Assembly: GCA_965223385.1 (NCBI GenBank) | Contig: CBDCWR010000007.1 | Location: 2,739,165-2,803,164, forward strand | From: Candidatus Multivoraceae bacterium | Lineage (GTDB): Bacteria; Acidobacteriota; Thermoanaerobaculia; Multivoradales; Multivoraceae | DNA length: 64,000 nt | Direction: 5' to 3' | Shown: piece by piece, positions 1 to 11,425 of the stretch | Position numbering within the stretch: the first letter of the stretch is position 1 | Layout: every line of letters starts with the position of its first letter | Notes under the pieces: generated by a model | Databases searched by the model: none | The model's input: the letters and a program-made list of their open reading frames with translations, nothing else | What the model was told of the DNA's origin: nothing | Translations under genes and position numbers: made by a program

Positions 1-395
1 GGCAGCTCGTCGCCGAGCTGGCGGAGGCAGCGCATGAGGCCGACGTTGGCCCGGAAGTGCTCGACCATCTCCGAGGTCGAGTGTAGGACGCGCTCGTAGA
101 CCGAGCCTCCGGGAGCCGGCAGCATGAAGCCCATCGCCCACTCACCCTGGCCCTGCAGCACGTCGAACGCCAGCTCCTTCTTGTTCTTGAAGTAGCGGTA
201 GGCGGCGCCGTGGGACAGCTTGGCCTCCGTCGCGACGTCGGCCATGCGCAGCTCGTGGAAGCCCTTCTCGGCGAGGATTCGCGCTGCGGCCGCCTTGACG
301 CGGAGCTTGGTGCGCTCACCCTTCGGGAGGCCCTCCGCGTGAAGGGCCTCGTGCGCGAGGTGGCTGCAGTAGTCGTAGCGGTTCCGGGACGCCAT
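1..395 (-). CDS. TetR/AcrR family transcriptional regulator, 3' end truncated by window edge
   Basis: Reverse-strand translation from ATG (complement of 393-395): MASRNRYDYCSHLAHEALHAEGLPKGERTKLRVKAAAARILAEKGFHELRMADVATEAKLSHGAAYRYFKNKKEL, a typical TetR N-terminal HTH. The ORF runs off the start of the window, so it is absent from the ORF track. Confidence 0.65.
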   Translation of the reverse strand, partial: MASRNRYDYCSHLAHEALHAEGLPKGERTKLRVKAAAARILAEKGFHELRMADVATEAKLSHGAAYRYFKNKKELAFDVLQGQGEWAMGFMLPAPGGSVYERVLHSTSEMVEHFRANVGLMRCLRQLGDEL

Positions 396-413
396 GAGGA
401 GGAGCGCCGCCCG

Positions 414-899
414 TCAGTCGAAGACCAGCATTCCGAGCCACTCGGCGACCATGGCCGGCTTCTCCTGCCCTTCGATCTCGATCCGATTCTCAGAGGTCAC
501 GAGGTAGCGACCGTCGCCGCGCGCCGCGATGTCGACGACCTTCATGTGGTTGCGGACTCGAGCGCCAGTGGGAACGGGAGCCATGAGCCGGACGCGGTTG
601 AAGCCGTAGTTGAACCCGTAGGCGGCGCCCGGAGGGTACTCGGCACCCGTGGTCACCCGATTGAAGTAGGTCAGCATGGACATGGTCCAGAAGCCGAAGG
701 CGATGGTGCCGTCGAACGGGCCGTCGCGGCGAGAGCGCTCGGGGTCGATGTGCATCCAGTCGGGGTCGAGCGTCGCCTCGCTGAACTGGTCGATGAGCGC
801 CTGGCTCACCTCGACCCAGTCGGACGTTCTGGGATCTCGACCGTAGTAGTTCCAGAACTCCTCGATCCGAGCGTCCGACGCGTTGACGTGGCCTTCCAT
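414..899 (-). CDS. MaoC-like (hot-dog fold) acyl dehydratase
   Basis: Core of the 414..1085 ORF from MEGHVNASDARIEEFWNYYG to ...MKVVDIAARGDGRYLVTSENRIEIEGQEKPAMVAEWLGMLVFD, a typical MaoC dehydratase C-terminus. Start chosen at the ATG ending at 899 to avoid overlapping the divergent gene; 19 bp downstream of the TetR start. Confidence 0.55.
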   Translation of the reverse strand: MEGHVNASDARIEEFWNYYGRDPRTSDWVEVSQALIDQFSEATLDPDWMHIDPERSRRDGPFDGTIAFGFWTMSMLTYFNRVTTGAEYPPGAAYGFNYGFNRVRLMAPVPTGARVRNHMKVVDIAARGDGRYLVTSENRIEIEGQEKPAMVAEWLGMLVFD

Positions 900-934
900 G
901 GGAAGGACTCTAACTGATATCGACGTCACTTCTA

Positions 935-2842
935 ATGCGCTGCTTGATGCGGTTGCCAGCCGAGGAGCATCTCTGTTCCCGAAGCGGTGCGCTGCGGATA
1001 GGCTGTCGGCGAATCTCTCGAGCGCTTGGTCGAGGAACGAGTGTGACGCCCCTGCAACGAACCGGCCTCCTCTGCACGCTCGCACTTGTCGCCAACCTGT
1101 TCACGACCGAAGTGCTTCACGCTCGGTCCGACGAGGGACGCTGGCGGGCGCGGCAGGGGCTGCTCGACCTGCGCGACTGGGCTCCTGAGACCGATGGCCC
1201 GGTCGAGCTCGTCGGGGAGTGGCGCTTTCACTGGAAGCAGCTCTTGTCGCCCGACGCAGAGTGCGCTCTGGGAGATGCCGCGGTGGCCGAGCTGCCGGGG
1301 GTCTGGAACGGGTTGACCGTCGAGGGCGAGGAGCTCGGGGCCGAGGGCTACGCCACCTACTGCCTGCGCGTCCTCCTGCCGGAGCGCCAGTCTCCGCTGT
1401 CGCTGCGCGTACCGCGTCTGCGGACTTCGAGCGCGTTGTGGATCAACGGAGTGCTCGTAGGCGAGATCGGCACGGTCGGTACCGACCGGGATTCGTCGCG
1501 CCCTCGCCGCGTCGACGCGATTGCGGCGATTGTGCCGAGCTCCGAGCTCGACATCGTCCTTCAGATCTCGAACTTCCACTTCCGTACGGGTGGCCCTCAC
1601 CGCCCCGTGGTGCTCGGCACGCCGTTGAACTTCGAGCCGCTGGCCGACGGCCCCGAAGCCGCTCTCGCCGCGTTCTTCATCGGCGCCTTCGTCGCCCTCG
1701 GCCTCTACCACCTCCTGACGCAGCCGATTCGCGCGCGGCGCGGGGCCCCCTCTTCCTTCGGGGCTCTCTGTCTGGTCATGGCCGGCTACCAGCTGACGCG
1801 CGAGAACAACCTCTTCGCCGTCGTCTTTCCGTGGATTCCGTGGCGCTTCGAGATACGGCTCGAGTACACGTTCTTCGCTCTCTGTGTCTTCTTCGCCGCG
1901 CTGTTCATCCGCGCTCTCTACCCGGGAGAGGTGCCGCGCTCCCTGCTCCGCGCCTGCTCGTTGGCGAGCGGGCTCTTCATTCTCGGCGTCTGGGCTCTGC
2001 CCATCGTCGAAGCGTCGGACTGGCTTCTGCTCGTCTTCCAGTTTGCCTTCTTGGGACTGGGGTCCTGGGGCGTCTCGCGGATCGTGCTGGCTGCCTACCG
2101 TCGCCGCGGCGGCGCGCACTGGTTTCTCATCGGCGGCTCTTTCTGGGTGCTCTCCGCGTTCCTGGACGGTCTTCTGCTGCGCTTCGCGCCGGGGCTCCCT
2201 CGCCTCGTGCCGTTCGGTTTCATGGGGCTGATCCTGGCTCAGACGGTGCTGCTCGCCATTGCCCAGACGCAGTCGGACCAGCGCACGGAGAAGCTCTCCA
2301 ACCGCCTCCTGAAGCTGGCCTCGGAGAAGCTGGCTCTCGAGACCATGGCCTACCGCGATCCGCTGACCGGGCTCGAGAACCGGCGTCGGCTCGACGAGGG
2401 CGCGGCGAAGATCCGCCAGCGGGACGACGAGCGCTTTGCGGGCGCCGATGCCGTTTCGCTGCTCTACCTCGACGTCGACGACTTCAAGTCCGTCAACGAC
2501 CAATACGGGCACGAGGTCGGCGACGAGGTCCTGGTTCGCATTGCGGATCTGCTGCGGGAGGAGTTCCGGTCCTACGATCTGTCGGCGCGCCTCGGCGGTG
2601 ACGAGTTTGCGGTTCTCCTCGGTGCACAAGAGCACGAGGCGCGCGCTCAGGCGCGGCGCCTGCAGGAGCGTCTCAGGCAGCCCCTGGCCGTCGGTGAGCG
2701 CCAGCTCGACGTGGCGGTGTCGGTCGGCGTCGCGACCGTGGATGCTGACAAGGTGGACCTCGGCAAGCTGCTGCGTCGCGCCGATCGCGACATGTATCGT
2801 GACAAGAGCGAGCGCAAGGCCGCGCGTCGCGCGAACGCCTGA
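935..2842 (+). CDS. Membrane diguanylate cyclase: 7TMR-DISMED2 extracellular domain + 7TM (7TMR-DISM) + GGDEF
   Basis: C-terminal GGDEF domain (RLGGDEFAVLL, YRDPLTGLENRRRLDE). Seven hydrophobic helices in the middle. N-terminal periplasmic domain with signal peptide (LLCTLALVANLFTTEVLHA). An in-frame GTG near 1043 (MTPLQRTG...) is an alternative start that avoids overlapping maoC. Confidence 0.8.
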   Translation: MRCLMRLPAEEHLCSRSGALRIGCRRISRALGRGTSVTPLQRTGLLCTLALVANLFTTEVLHARSDEGRWRARQGLLDLRDWAPETDGPVELVGEWRFHWKQLLSPDAECALGDAAVAELPGVWNGLTVEGEELGAEGYATYCLRVLLPERQSPLSLRVPRLRTSSALWINGVLVGEIGTVGTDRDSSRPRRVDAIAAIVPSSELDIVLQISNFHFRTGGPHRPVVLGTPLNFEPLADGPEAALAAFFIGAFVALGLYHLLTQPIRARRGAPSSFGALCLVMAGYQLTRENNLFAVVFPWIPWRFEIRLEYTFFALCVFFAALFIRALYPGEVPRSLLRACSLASGLFILGVWALPIVEASDWLLLVFQFAFLGLGSWGVSRIVLAAYRRRGGAHWFLIGGSFWVLSAFLDGLLLRFAPGLPRLVPFGFMGLILAQTVLLAIAQTQSDQRTEKLSNRLLKLASEKLALETMAYRDPLTGLENRRRLDEGAAKIRQRDDERFAGADAVSLLYLDVDDFKSVNDQYGHEVGDEVLVRIADLLREEFRSYDLSARLGGDEFAVLLGAQEHEARAQARRLQERLRQPLAVGERQLDVAVSVGVATVDADKVDLGKLLRRADRDMYRDKSERKAARRANA

Positions 2843-3040
2843 ACCGAGCGCATTTCGACGAAGTCCTGCAAGTCCGGGCGGCGCCGGGGCTCGAATGCAC
2901 GAGCGGCGCACGGTATCCCTCGTGGAACCGAGCTCGAAGGCTGGCAGCGGTGCGCTCTGGTAGAGCTGGAGGCCATGGGCCAGCGGTGAGAGTTGGCCTT
3001 GCAGCCCGGCTCACAGAGCGGGGATCGGTCCTTCTCCTTT

Positions 3041-4237
3041 CTAGACGGCACTTGCGGTAGGCCCGACGTAGTCGCCGATGTAGCGAATCCGGCCACGTCC
3101 GTAGATGATGTCGCTGTAGCTGCCGTCGGGTACGTTGTAGGGATCGGCGAGGCGCCACTGCTCGACCTTGGTCTCATCGAGCTCGATACCGAGACCTGGC
3201 TTGTCACCGAGGTCGAGTTGGCCGTCCTGGATGTCCAGCGGCTCTCGAAGCAGTTCGTCGACCAGGCCATTGCCGGTCTGATCGACCTCGCAGGTGACGC
3301 CGTTCGGTGCAGCGGCGACAGCATGCGCGTTGGCCACGATCGCGACCGCGTCGCTCCAACTGTGCGGAGCCAGACCGAGGCCCGCTTCGTCTGCCATCTC
3401 GGCGACTTTCACGACCTCGGTGATGCCACCGGCGCGGGAGGCGTCGGCCTGCAGAATGTCGACCGTGCCGAAGCGGACGTGCTCGCGAAAACCACTCAGA
3501 GAGAACTCGTTCTCGCCGCTCGCGAGAGGAACCGTGGACTCTGCGCGCAGAGCGACGAAGTCGTCGATCTGATCGACCCGGAAAGGCTCCTCGAACCAGA
3601 ACACGTCGTGCTCGGCGAGGACTTCAGCGAACGCAATGGCCGACGCGAGGTCCAATCGCCAGATGCCATCGACAATCAGGTCGTTCTCCTTGCCGATGGC
3701 CCTCTTGATGGCTGCGACGGTGGCGACGTCATCGTCCCAGGTCCGCCCCGCGCGAGTCTTGACCCGACGAAAGCCACTCTCGATGCAGCGCGCTGCGACC
3801 GCCGCCACAGCGTCGGGCTCGTCGTACATCATGCCCGAGGCGTACGCCGGCGCCTTGCCCTCCGTGCCTCCGAGCAGCTTCCACACCGGCTGCCCTTCGA
3901 TCTTCCCGCGAAGGTCCCACAGGGCGATGTCGATCGCTCCGAGGGCGGAGACCGCACCTCCTTTGCGGCCGTACCAGTTGGCGACGCTGTGAAGGCGCGC
4001 CCAGTGTTTCTCGGTCTCCACCGGATCGAAACCGACGACGAAGGGTTTCAGGTGGTCGACTGTGGCCTGCACCACGCCGGGTAGTGAGTAGCAGGAACCG
4101 ACACCGCTGAGGCCTCCGTCCGTGTGCACGCGCACCAAGCTGGACAGGCGGCCGTCGATGGTGCCGATCGGCGTGTAGCCCTCGATGGACTCGTAGCGGA
4201 AGCAGAGGTGGATACATTCGACGTCTGTGATTCTCAT
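3041..4237 (-). CDS. Enolase-superfamily enzyme (mandelate racemase / muconate lactonizing enzyme family; sugar-acid dehydratase-like)
   Basis: MRITDVECIHL... with GRKGGAVSALGAIDIALWDLRGK, FRRVKTRAG and the EEP...D metal-ligand pattern. ATGA overlap with the upstream gene at 4234-4237. Confidence 0.8.
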   Translation of the reverse strand: MRITDVECIHLCFRYESIEGYTPIGTIDGRLSSLVRVHTDGGLSGVGSCYSLPGVVQATVDHLKPFVVGFDPVETEKHWARLHSVANWYGRKGGAVSALGAIDIALWDLRGKIEGQPVWKLLGGTEGKAPAYASGMMYDEPDAVAAVAARCIESGFRRVKTRAGRTWDDDVATVAAIKRAIGKENDLIVDGIWRLDLASAIAFAEVLAEHDVFWFEEPFRVDQIDDFVALRAESTVPLASGENEFSLSGFREHVRFGTVDILQADASRAGGITEVVKVAEMADEAGLGLAPHSWSDAVAIVANAHAVAAAPNGVTCEVDQTGNGLVDELLREPLDIQDGQLDLGDKPGLGIELDETKVEQWRLADPYNVPDGSYSDIIYGRGRIRYIGDYVGPTASAV

Positions 4238-5499
4238 GGTCTTTCCCAGGAGCCTTCCGGGCAGATTGACGGGTCGGCGCAGGCGGCCAGAACCAGTGGG
4301 ACAAGCTCGCGTTGTATGGCCCGTGCGGCGCCCGAAGCAGTGGCGTTCACCTGCACGGCGACCGCGACGCCGTGATCGGCGTAGTAGGCGACCGAGGTGC
4401 CGTAGCCAGGGTAGACGCCGCCGTGACCGTAGGTGCGACCGTACTCGGGACTGTCTTCGATCGAGACCCCCAACGCGTACTGGCTCGGCTTCTCCTGCGT
4501 ATGGGGGTTGACCCGCCCGACCATGTCTTCGAGATAGGGGTCTTTCATCGCGCGCCCGCTCCACAGCAGCTGCCCCCAGCGTGCAAGCTCCTCAGAGGTC
4601 GAGATGAAGCCTCCGCCTGCCCATTCGCTGTAGGGGTCCCAGCGGAAGAGGCCGCGATGCAGCATGGTCGGCGGATACCCTGAAAGCCCCTGAGAGCCTT
4701 CGGCGCTGTAGCCCTGGGCGAGGCCAGGGTGCCAGAGGCCCTTTTGCGGGCCTGTGAGTGTGAGGCCCAGCGGGCTCAAGAACCGACGGACGATCTCTTC
4801 GCCGAGCTCGAACCCGCCGACCTTCTCCATCACCAAACCCACCAGGAGGTAGTTGGTGTCGGAGTAGCTGTAGCCCCCGCCCGCCGGGAAGAGGGGCTCT
4901 TCGTCGAGTACGAATTCGATGAGCTGTCGCGGTGGCACGATTGCCGTGGTGCCGGCTTCGCGCTGCGCTATGCGCAGCTCACGGAACGCGGGATCGAGGA
5001 CGTACCGATGAAGCCCCGACGCGTGGTGAAGCAACTGCTCGAGGGTGACGGTGGAGCCGTTGGGGAGGCGCTGGTACCAGTCTTCGTCGCCGAGGTAGTC
5101 GGCCAGCCGATCGCCGAACGCCAGCTCGCCGTTCGCCACCATGGAGTGGAACAGAGCCGATGCGTAGGTCTTGCCGACGCTCCCCGCGAGCATTCGCGTG
5201 TGGGGCTTCATGGGAAGCCCGATCTCTCGGTTGGCTTCGCCGGCGGCGACGCCGATCACTCTTCCGTCGGGCAGAGCGAAAGCGGCGGTGGCGCCAGCCA
5301 GGTCGATTTGGGCCCGCTGCTCTTCGAGAAGTCTCTCGAGTGCGGCCTTGAAGTTGGCGGCCAGCTGTTCGAGAGGGTCCGCTGGGGGCGTGACGGCACC
5401 CCTGCAGCCGACCAGCAGGAAACCAGCGGCGACGATGGCCGGAACGCTCGGCCCGCCGAGACTTCGCCGCCGCTTCCCTTCGCCTCGTTCGCTCGTCAC
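4234..5499 (-). CDS. Serine hydrolase, beta-lactamase/transpeptidase fold; lipoprotein
   Basis: SxxK motif (SVGKTY), lipobox LLVGC after a signal peptide. Start taken as in-frame GTG (VTSERGEGKRRRSLGGPSVPAIVAAGFLLVGC). The long N-terminal ORF extension looks like non-coding read-through. Confidence 0.65.
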   Translation of the reverse strand: MTSERGEGKRRRSLGGPSVPAIVAAGFLLVGCRGAVTPPADPLEQLAANFKAALERLLEEQRAQIDLAGATAAFALPDGRVIGVAAGEANREIGLPMKPHTRMLAGSVGKTYASALFHSMVANGELAFGDRLADYLGDEDWYQRLPNGSTVTLEQLLHHASGLHRYVLDPAFRELRIAQREAGTTAIVPPRQLIEFVLDEEPLFPAGGGYSYSDTNYLLVGLVMEKVGGFELGEEIVRRFLSPLGLTLTGPQKGLWHPGLAQGYSAEGSQGLSGYPPTMLHRGLFRWDPYSEWAGGGFISTSEELARWGQLLWSGRAMKDPYLEDMVGRVNPHTQEKPSQYALGVSIEDSPEYGRTYGHGGVYPGYGTSVAYYADHGVAVAVQVNATASGAARAIQRELVPLVLAACADPSICPEGSWERP

Positions 5500-5519
5500 G
5501 GTCTTGCCTCCGTTCTTCG

Positions 5520-7868
5520 CTACTTGCCCGCGTCTCGCGCCTCTGCCTGCGCTCGCTTCGGCATCACCGGGAGGACGAAGTGACTGGGGTATTCCGGCGA
5601 GTGATGGATGACCATCTGCGCCGGCACCGTCTCGGTGACGTAGGCCTCGTGCTTGCCGGTGTTGGAGTTGGGGAAGGAGTAGTTGTCGAGCGCGTTCATG
5701 ATCGCGATGCGCACCCGGTGTCCCTTCCTGAAGGTGTTGGCGATGGACCGCACAGAGATGTCGTAGCGCACTACGTTCTCGATGTCGCCGGAAAGCAGCT
5801 CCTGCGTCTCGAAGTTGGAGCCAGAGACGAAGTAGGTCGGGTCGTCGAGATTGCGAAAGCGAGCTCGCAGTACGCCCAGGGCGATTCGGGTCGGTTTGCC
5901 CGACTCGTCGACGTCCGAGAGGTGCGCCCACCAGTCGGTGTCTTGGGCGTCGGTCGAGGCGTAGAGCACCAGCTTGAGGTCGCCAGCGATGTCGAGGTCC
6001 TCCTCGAGGGGTGCCGACGTGAAGACAGCGACGTCCTCGCGGGCCTCGATCTGGGAGGGGTCGATGGGGAAGCTCTGCACGTCCTCCCAGCGCTTCATCA
6101 GCTCGAAGCTGCGCCAGTTCTGCGGCGGGGCGGCCGGGTCGTAGACGTAGCGGTCGGCTCCGGTGGCGGTCGGGGCATCCGGCGACAGGAGTCCGTCGTC
6201 CGCTGAGCGAGTCGCCTCGCCGGTGCTGTGCAGGTACCAGGGCTGCTCGATGGCCTCGTTGGGAGGCCACTCTGTGGCCGTGCGCCACTCGTTGCTGCCG
6301 AGAGTGAAGTAGTCGACGCGGATGTCATCGGGCTGTGGCCCGTGGTCCGACAGGTAGAAGTCGTACCACTGCTGCTTGAGCAGCCAGATGTCGTCGCGCA
6401 CCGCCTCGCCGCCGAAGCTCACGCCCGCGAGGGCGCGGTCCATGTTGTAGTTGTGCTTCCATGGGCCGATGAGAAGTCGCTGTGGACCCACGCCCTGCTT
6501 CTGCATGAAAGCCCAGTTGCTGCGTGTGCCTGGGAAGTCGTCGTCCCACCAGCCACTGATCTGGAATGAGCCGAAGTCGCGCGGGCCACCGTTCTTGTAC
6601 CAGTTCTGCCGCTGCCAGTACTCGTCATTGGTCGCGTGCTCGACGGCTCGGTTCCACTGCGGTATGTCCTCGCCGGTGGCAAACACGTCGATGTCGCTGA
6701 TGGGCCGGTGCGCCAGGATCTCGTCCCAATTGCGCTCCGGCAGGATCTTCTTGTCGAGCATCCAGAAGACGTAGTAGGCCATTCCCTGCACAAAGGTGCC
6801 GCCCATGTACGGCTGATCGCTCCAACCGGTACCCATGGAAACGGTCGGGATGATGCACTCGAGGGCCGGGTCGTCGGCCATCGAGGCAGCCCATTGGGTG
6901 AAGCCCGGGTACGAACCGCCCTGCATGCAGATCCGACCGTTGGACCACGGCTGCTCGGCAATCCAGCGAATGGACTGTGCCCCGTCCTCCGGCTCGTTGA
7001 CGAGGATCTCGAACTGCCCCTCCGATCGCTGCTCCGGGTCGGTGTAGGAGGTGCCGCGGACTGACTGGAAGACCAGCGCATAGCCACGAGAGACGTGGTT
7101 CCAGTAGCGGTCGATCTCGTTGCTGATCCCGTAGGGCGTGCGGAAGAAGACGGTGGAAAAAGACTCCGGGGCGTCTTCACCCTCGGGAGCGACCGGCAGG
7201 TAGATCAGGGTCTTGAGCCCGAAGCCGGCGGACGTCGGCATGGTCGCTTCGAGCTTGCGGATGCCGTACCTGGGTTGTGTGACCGACGCGTCGCGCCAGC
7301 GACCAACGGTAGTGAAGCTCTCCCAGCCGCGGCGAACCAGAACGAAGTCGCGCCAGGGGTCGACGCCGGCGACCAGATGACCGCTGCCGTCGAAGACGAG
7401 GTCGAGCGGTGCGGTTGCATCTTCGAGGGCCCAGTACCAGGCAGTCTGAACCTCGCCTTCGACCTCCTCGTTCATCTCGCGGTGGCGCAGATAGCGGTCG
7501 CCGATGTGGCGGGGGCCCTCTACCGGCCAGCTCTGTGGGTCAGCGCTCGACCAGTTGGCCTCGCCCAGCGTTTCCCAACCGTCCACGAGTCGGGCGAGGG
7601 AGCCCGGAAGCAAGAGGTTGCTCGGTTCTGTGGCTGTTGTCTCGCTCCACTCGAGCGTTGCACGGTCACGGTGGCGGACCGACAGCTCGCCACCATCACC
7701 GATCGTCATCTCGGCCATCGGTACGCCACGGCCGTAGACGTCGAAGACTCCACTCTCCAGTGGCTGCGGGATTCCGCCCGGCTGGCAAGCCGCAAGGAGG
7801 AGTACGCTTGCCAAGAGTGCCTCCCAGCCAGAGCGGGATGAGGTGCAAGCGAGGCCGGCGTCCATCAT
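5520..7868 (-). CDS. CocE/NonD family hydrolase (S15 X-Pro dipeptidyl-peptidase-like), secreted lipoprotein
   Basis: 782 aa; signal peptide plus LLAAC lipobox; S15 alpha/beta-hydrolase domain (GGSYPGFTQW) and a C-terminal beta-sandwich. ATGATG start with GAGGAGA SD. Confidence 0.75.
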   Translation of the reverse strand: MMDAGLACTSSRSGWEALLASVLLLAACQPGGIPQPLESGVFDVYGRGVPMAEMTIGDGGELSVRHRDRATLEWSETTATEPSNLLLPGSLARLVDGWETLGEANWSSADPQSWPVEGPRHIGDRYLRHREMNEEVEGEVQTAWYWALEDATAPLDLVFDGSGHLVAGVDPWRDFVLVRRGWESFTTVGRWRDASVTQPRYGIRKLEATMPTSAGFGLKTLIYLPVAPEGEDAPESFSTVFFRTPYGISNEIDRYWNHVSRGYALVFQSVRGTSYTDPEQRSEGQFEILVNEPEDGAQSIRWIAEQPWSNGRICMQGGSYPGFTQWAASMADDPALECIIPTVSMGTGWSDQPYMGGTFVQGMAYYVFWMLDKKILPERNWDEILAHRPISDIDVFATGEDIPQWNRAVEHATNDEYWQRQNWYKNGGPRDFGSFQISGWWDDDFPGTRSNWAFMQKQGVGPQRLLIGPWKHNYNMDRALAGVSFGGEAVRDDIWLLKQQWYDFYLSDHGPQPDDIRVDYFTLGSNEWRTATEWPPNEAIEQPWYLHSTGEATRSADDGLLSPDAPTATGADRYVYDPAAPPQNWRSFELMKRWEDVQSFPIDPSQIEAREDVAVFTSAPLEEDLDIAGDLKLVLYASTDAQDTDWWAHLSDVDESGKPTRIALGVLRARFRNLDDPTYFVSGSNFETQELLSGDIENVVRYDISVRSIANTFRKGHRVRIAIMNALDNYSFPNSNTGKHEAYVTETVPAQMVIHHSPEYPSHFVLPVMPKRAQAEARDAGK

Positions 7869-7890
7869 TCTCTCCTCGTTTCTCGTGGTG

Positions 7891-9628
<1,738 letters not shown>

Positions 9629-10069
9629 ATGAGCAAGAAGAGCTCGAGATCCCACGATCTCGACCCCCGCCAACTCGACGAACGGGGTCTCGCGACCCGG
9701 CGCGAGGTTCTCGGGGGCAGCTACGTCGACGATGCGCTCGAGCGCGCGACGGCTTTCGATGCGCCTTTTCAGGAGCTCATCACGGCGCACGCCTGGGGAG
9801 ACGTCTGGTCGCGCCCCGAGCTCGACCGGCCAACGCGCAGTCTGGTGACCATCGCGCTGCTGGCTGCTCTGGGACATGAGCGTGAGCTCGGGCTTCACCT
9901 CCGTGCCAGTCGGCGCACCGGGGCAACCGCCGAGCAGGTTCGCGAGACGCTGCTGCACGTGGCGATCTACGCCGGGGTGCCCGCAGCCAACACAGCCTTT
10001 GCCGTGGCCCGGCGCGTCTTGTCGGATGTCTCCGAGAACGGCGGCGATGACAGCCCAGAGGAGGGCTAG
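9629..10069 (+). CDS. pcaC: 4-carboxymuconolactone decarboxylase
   Basis: Carboxymuconolactone decarboxylase family motifs: RREVLGGSYVDDA, FQELITAHAWGDVWSRPELDRPTRSLVTIALLAALG, ETLLHVAIYAGVPAANTAF. Confidence 0.85.
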   Translation: MSKKSSRSHDLDPRQLDERGLATRREVLGGSYVDDALERATAFDAPFQELITAHAWGDVWSRPELDRPTRSLVTIALLAALGHERELGLHLRASRRTGATAEQVRETLLHVAIYAGVPAANTAFAVARRVLSDVSENGGDDSPEEG

Positions 10070-10072
10070 TCC

Positions 10073-10807
10073 ATGTCCGACCGCCGCACTGCCCAGCACG
10101 GTCCAGCCGAGGTCATCCAGCCTCGAGACTGGGCTTCGCACCCCCCTTCGCTGCATCGCGACTACAAGTCGACCCTCACGCGCGCTCCCGACAAGCCACT
10201 GGTTCCCCTCGCGCAGGCATTGGGCGAGCGGACAGGTCCCGTATTTGGGCACGAGGCCGTCGGTGAGCACGACTCCGACCTGACGCGCAACGCCGTGCAG
10301 AACGGGGAGCCGCTCGGCGAGCGCATCGTCGTCGGCGGTCGTGTCCTCGACGAAGGCGGGCGACCGGTGCGCGGCGCGCTCATCGAGGTCTGGCAGGCCA
10401 ACGCCGCGGGTCGCTACATTCACCGCGGGGACGTGCACGACGCGCCGATCGACCCGAACTTCCTCGGCGGCGGCCGCTGCCTGACCGACGACGAGGGCCG
10501 CTACAGCTTCACGACCGTCAAGCCCGGTGCCTATCCCTGGGGCAACCACACCAACGCATGGCGCCCGGCCCACATCCACTTCTCGCTCTTCGGCGGTGCC
10601 TTCGTCGACCGACTGGTGACGCAGATGTACTTCCCGGGTGACCCACTCCTCGACCTCGATCCCATCTTCCAGGGGGTCCCCGCGTTCGCACGCGACCGAC
10701 TCATCGCAGACTTCTCGATCGACCGCACAGAGGAGCTCTGGGCCCTTGGCTACCAGTTCGACATCGTGTTGCGCGGCGTCGCGGCCACGCCCCTGGAAGA
10801 CGAGTGA
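10073..10807 (+). CDS. pcaH: Protocatechuate 3,4-dioxygenase beta subunit
   Basis: PRDWASHPP, RIVVGGRVLDEGGRPVRGALIEVWQANAAGRYIH, HIHFSLFGGAF: intradiol dioxygenase beta chain. Confidence 0.9.
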   Translation: MSDRRTAQHGPAEVIQPRDWASHPPSLHRDYKSTLTRAPDKPLVPLAQALGERTGPVFGHEAVGEHDSDLTRNAVQNGEPLGERIVVGGRVLDEGGRPVRGALIEVWQANAAGRYIHRGDVHDAPIDPNFLGGGRCLTDDEGRYSFTTVKPGAYPWGNHTNAWRPAHIHFSLFGGAFVDRLVTQMYFPGDPLLDLDPIFQGVPAFARDRLIADFSIDRTEELWALGYQFDIVLRGVAATPLEDE

Positions 10808-11382
10808 TGGGCCAGACACCTTCGCAGACGGTAGGCCCCTTCTTCGCCTACGCACTGACGCCGGAGTCCTACGGCAAGGTCGGGATTGCGGGGTCGGTTC
10901 TTGCCGGCAGAGATGCCGAAGGGGAGCACATTCGCGTGGGCGGCACCGTCACCGACGGCAACGGCGACCCGGTGAGCGATGCGCTCCTCGAAATCTGGCA
11001 GGCCGACGCGCAGGGCCGCCTGCCGGGCCGCGGTTCGGGCGGAACAGACCCTGCACTCAGCCACTTCGGCCGCGTCGAAACGAAGCGCGATGGCAGCTAT
11101 CTGCTCGAGACCGTGAAGCCCGGGTCGATCGTGGACGACTCCGGACCGGAGCAGGCACCGCACCTCCTGGTGGCGGTCTTCGCCCGAGGCCTGCTCAACC
11201 ACATGTTCACGCGCATCTACTTCAGCGACGAAGCGCGGCGGAACGCCACCGATCCAGTGCTGGAAGCCGTGGAGCCGCAGCGCCGTGCCACCCTGATCGC
11301 GACGCGCGAAGCCACGCGGCCCGACTACTCCTTCGATGTGAGGCTGCAGGGTGAAGACGAGACCGTCTTCTTCGACGTGTGA
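10807..11382 (+). CDS. pcaG: Protocatechuate 3,4-dioxygenase alpha subunit
   Basis: MGQTPSQTVGPFFAYALTP..., IRVGGTVTDGNGDPVSDALLEIWQADAQGR. ATG overlaps the pcaH stop (GTGATGG); the ORF track starts one codon earlier at GTG 10804. Confidence 0.85.
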   Translation: MGQTPSQTVGPFFAYALTPESYGKVGIAGSVLAGRDAEGEHIRVGGTVTDGNGDPVSDALLEIWQADAQGRLPGRGSGGTDPALSHFGRVETKRDGSYLLETVKPGSIVDDSGPEQAPHLLVAVFARGLLNHMFTRIYFSDEARRNATDPVLEAVEPQRRATLIATREATRPDYSFDVRLQGEDETVFFDV

Positions 11383-11425
11383 TCACTACGGGCCCACGCC
11401 AGCGCGCAGCCGCTACGACCGACCC

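Noticed and set aside
932-2911. 659-aa minus-strand ORF opposite the GGDEF gene
   Set aside because: Arg/Ala/Pro-rich low-complexity translation with no domain signal; a typical antisense artefact of high GC. The plus-strand ORF has clear 7TM and GGDEF features.
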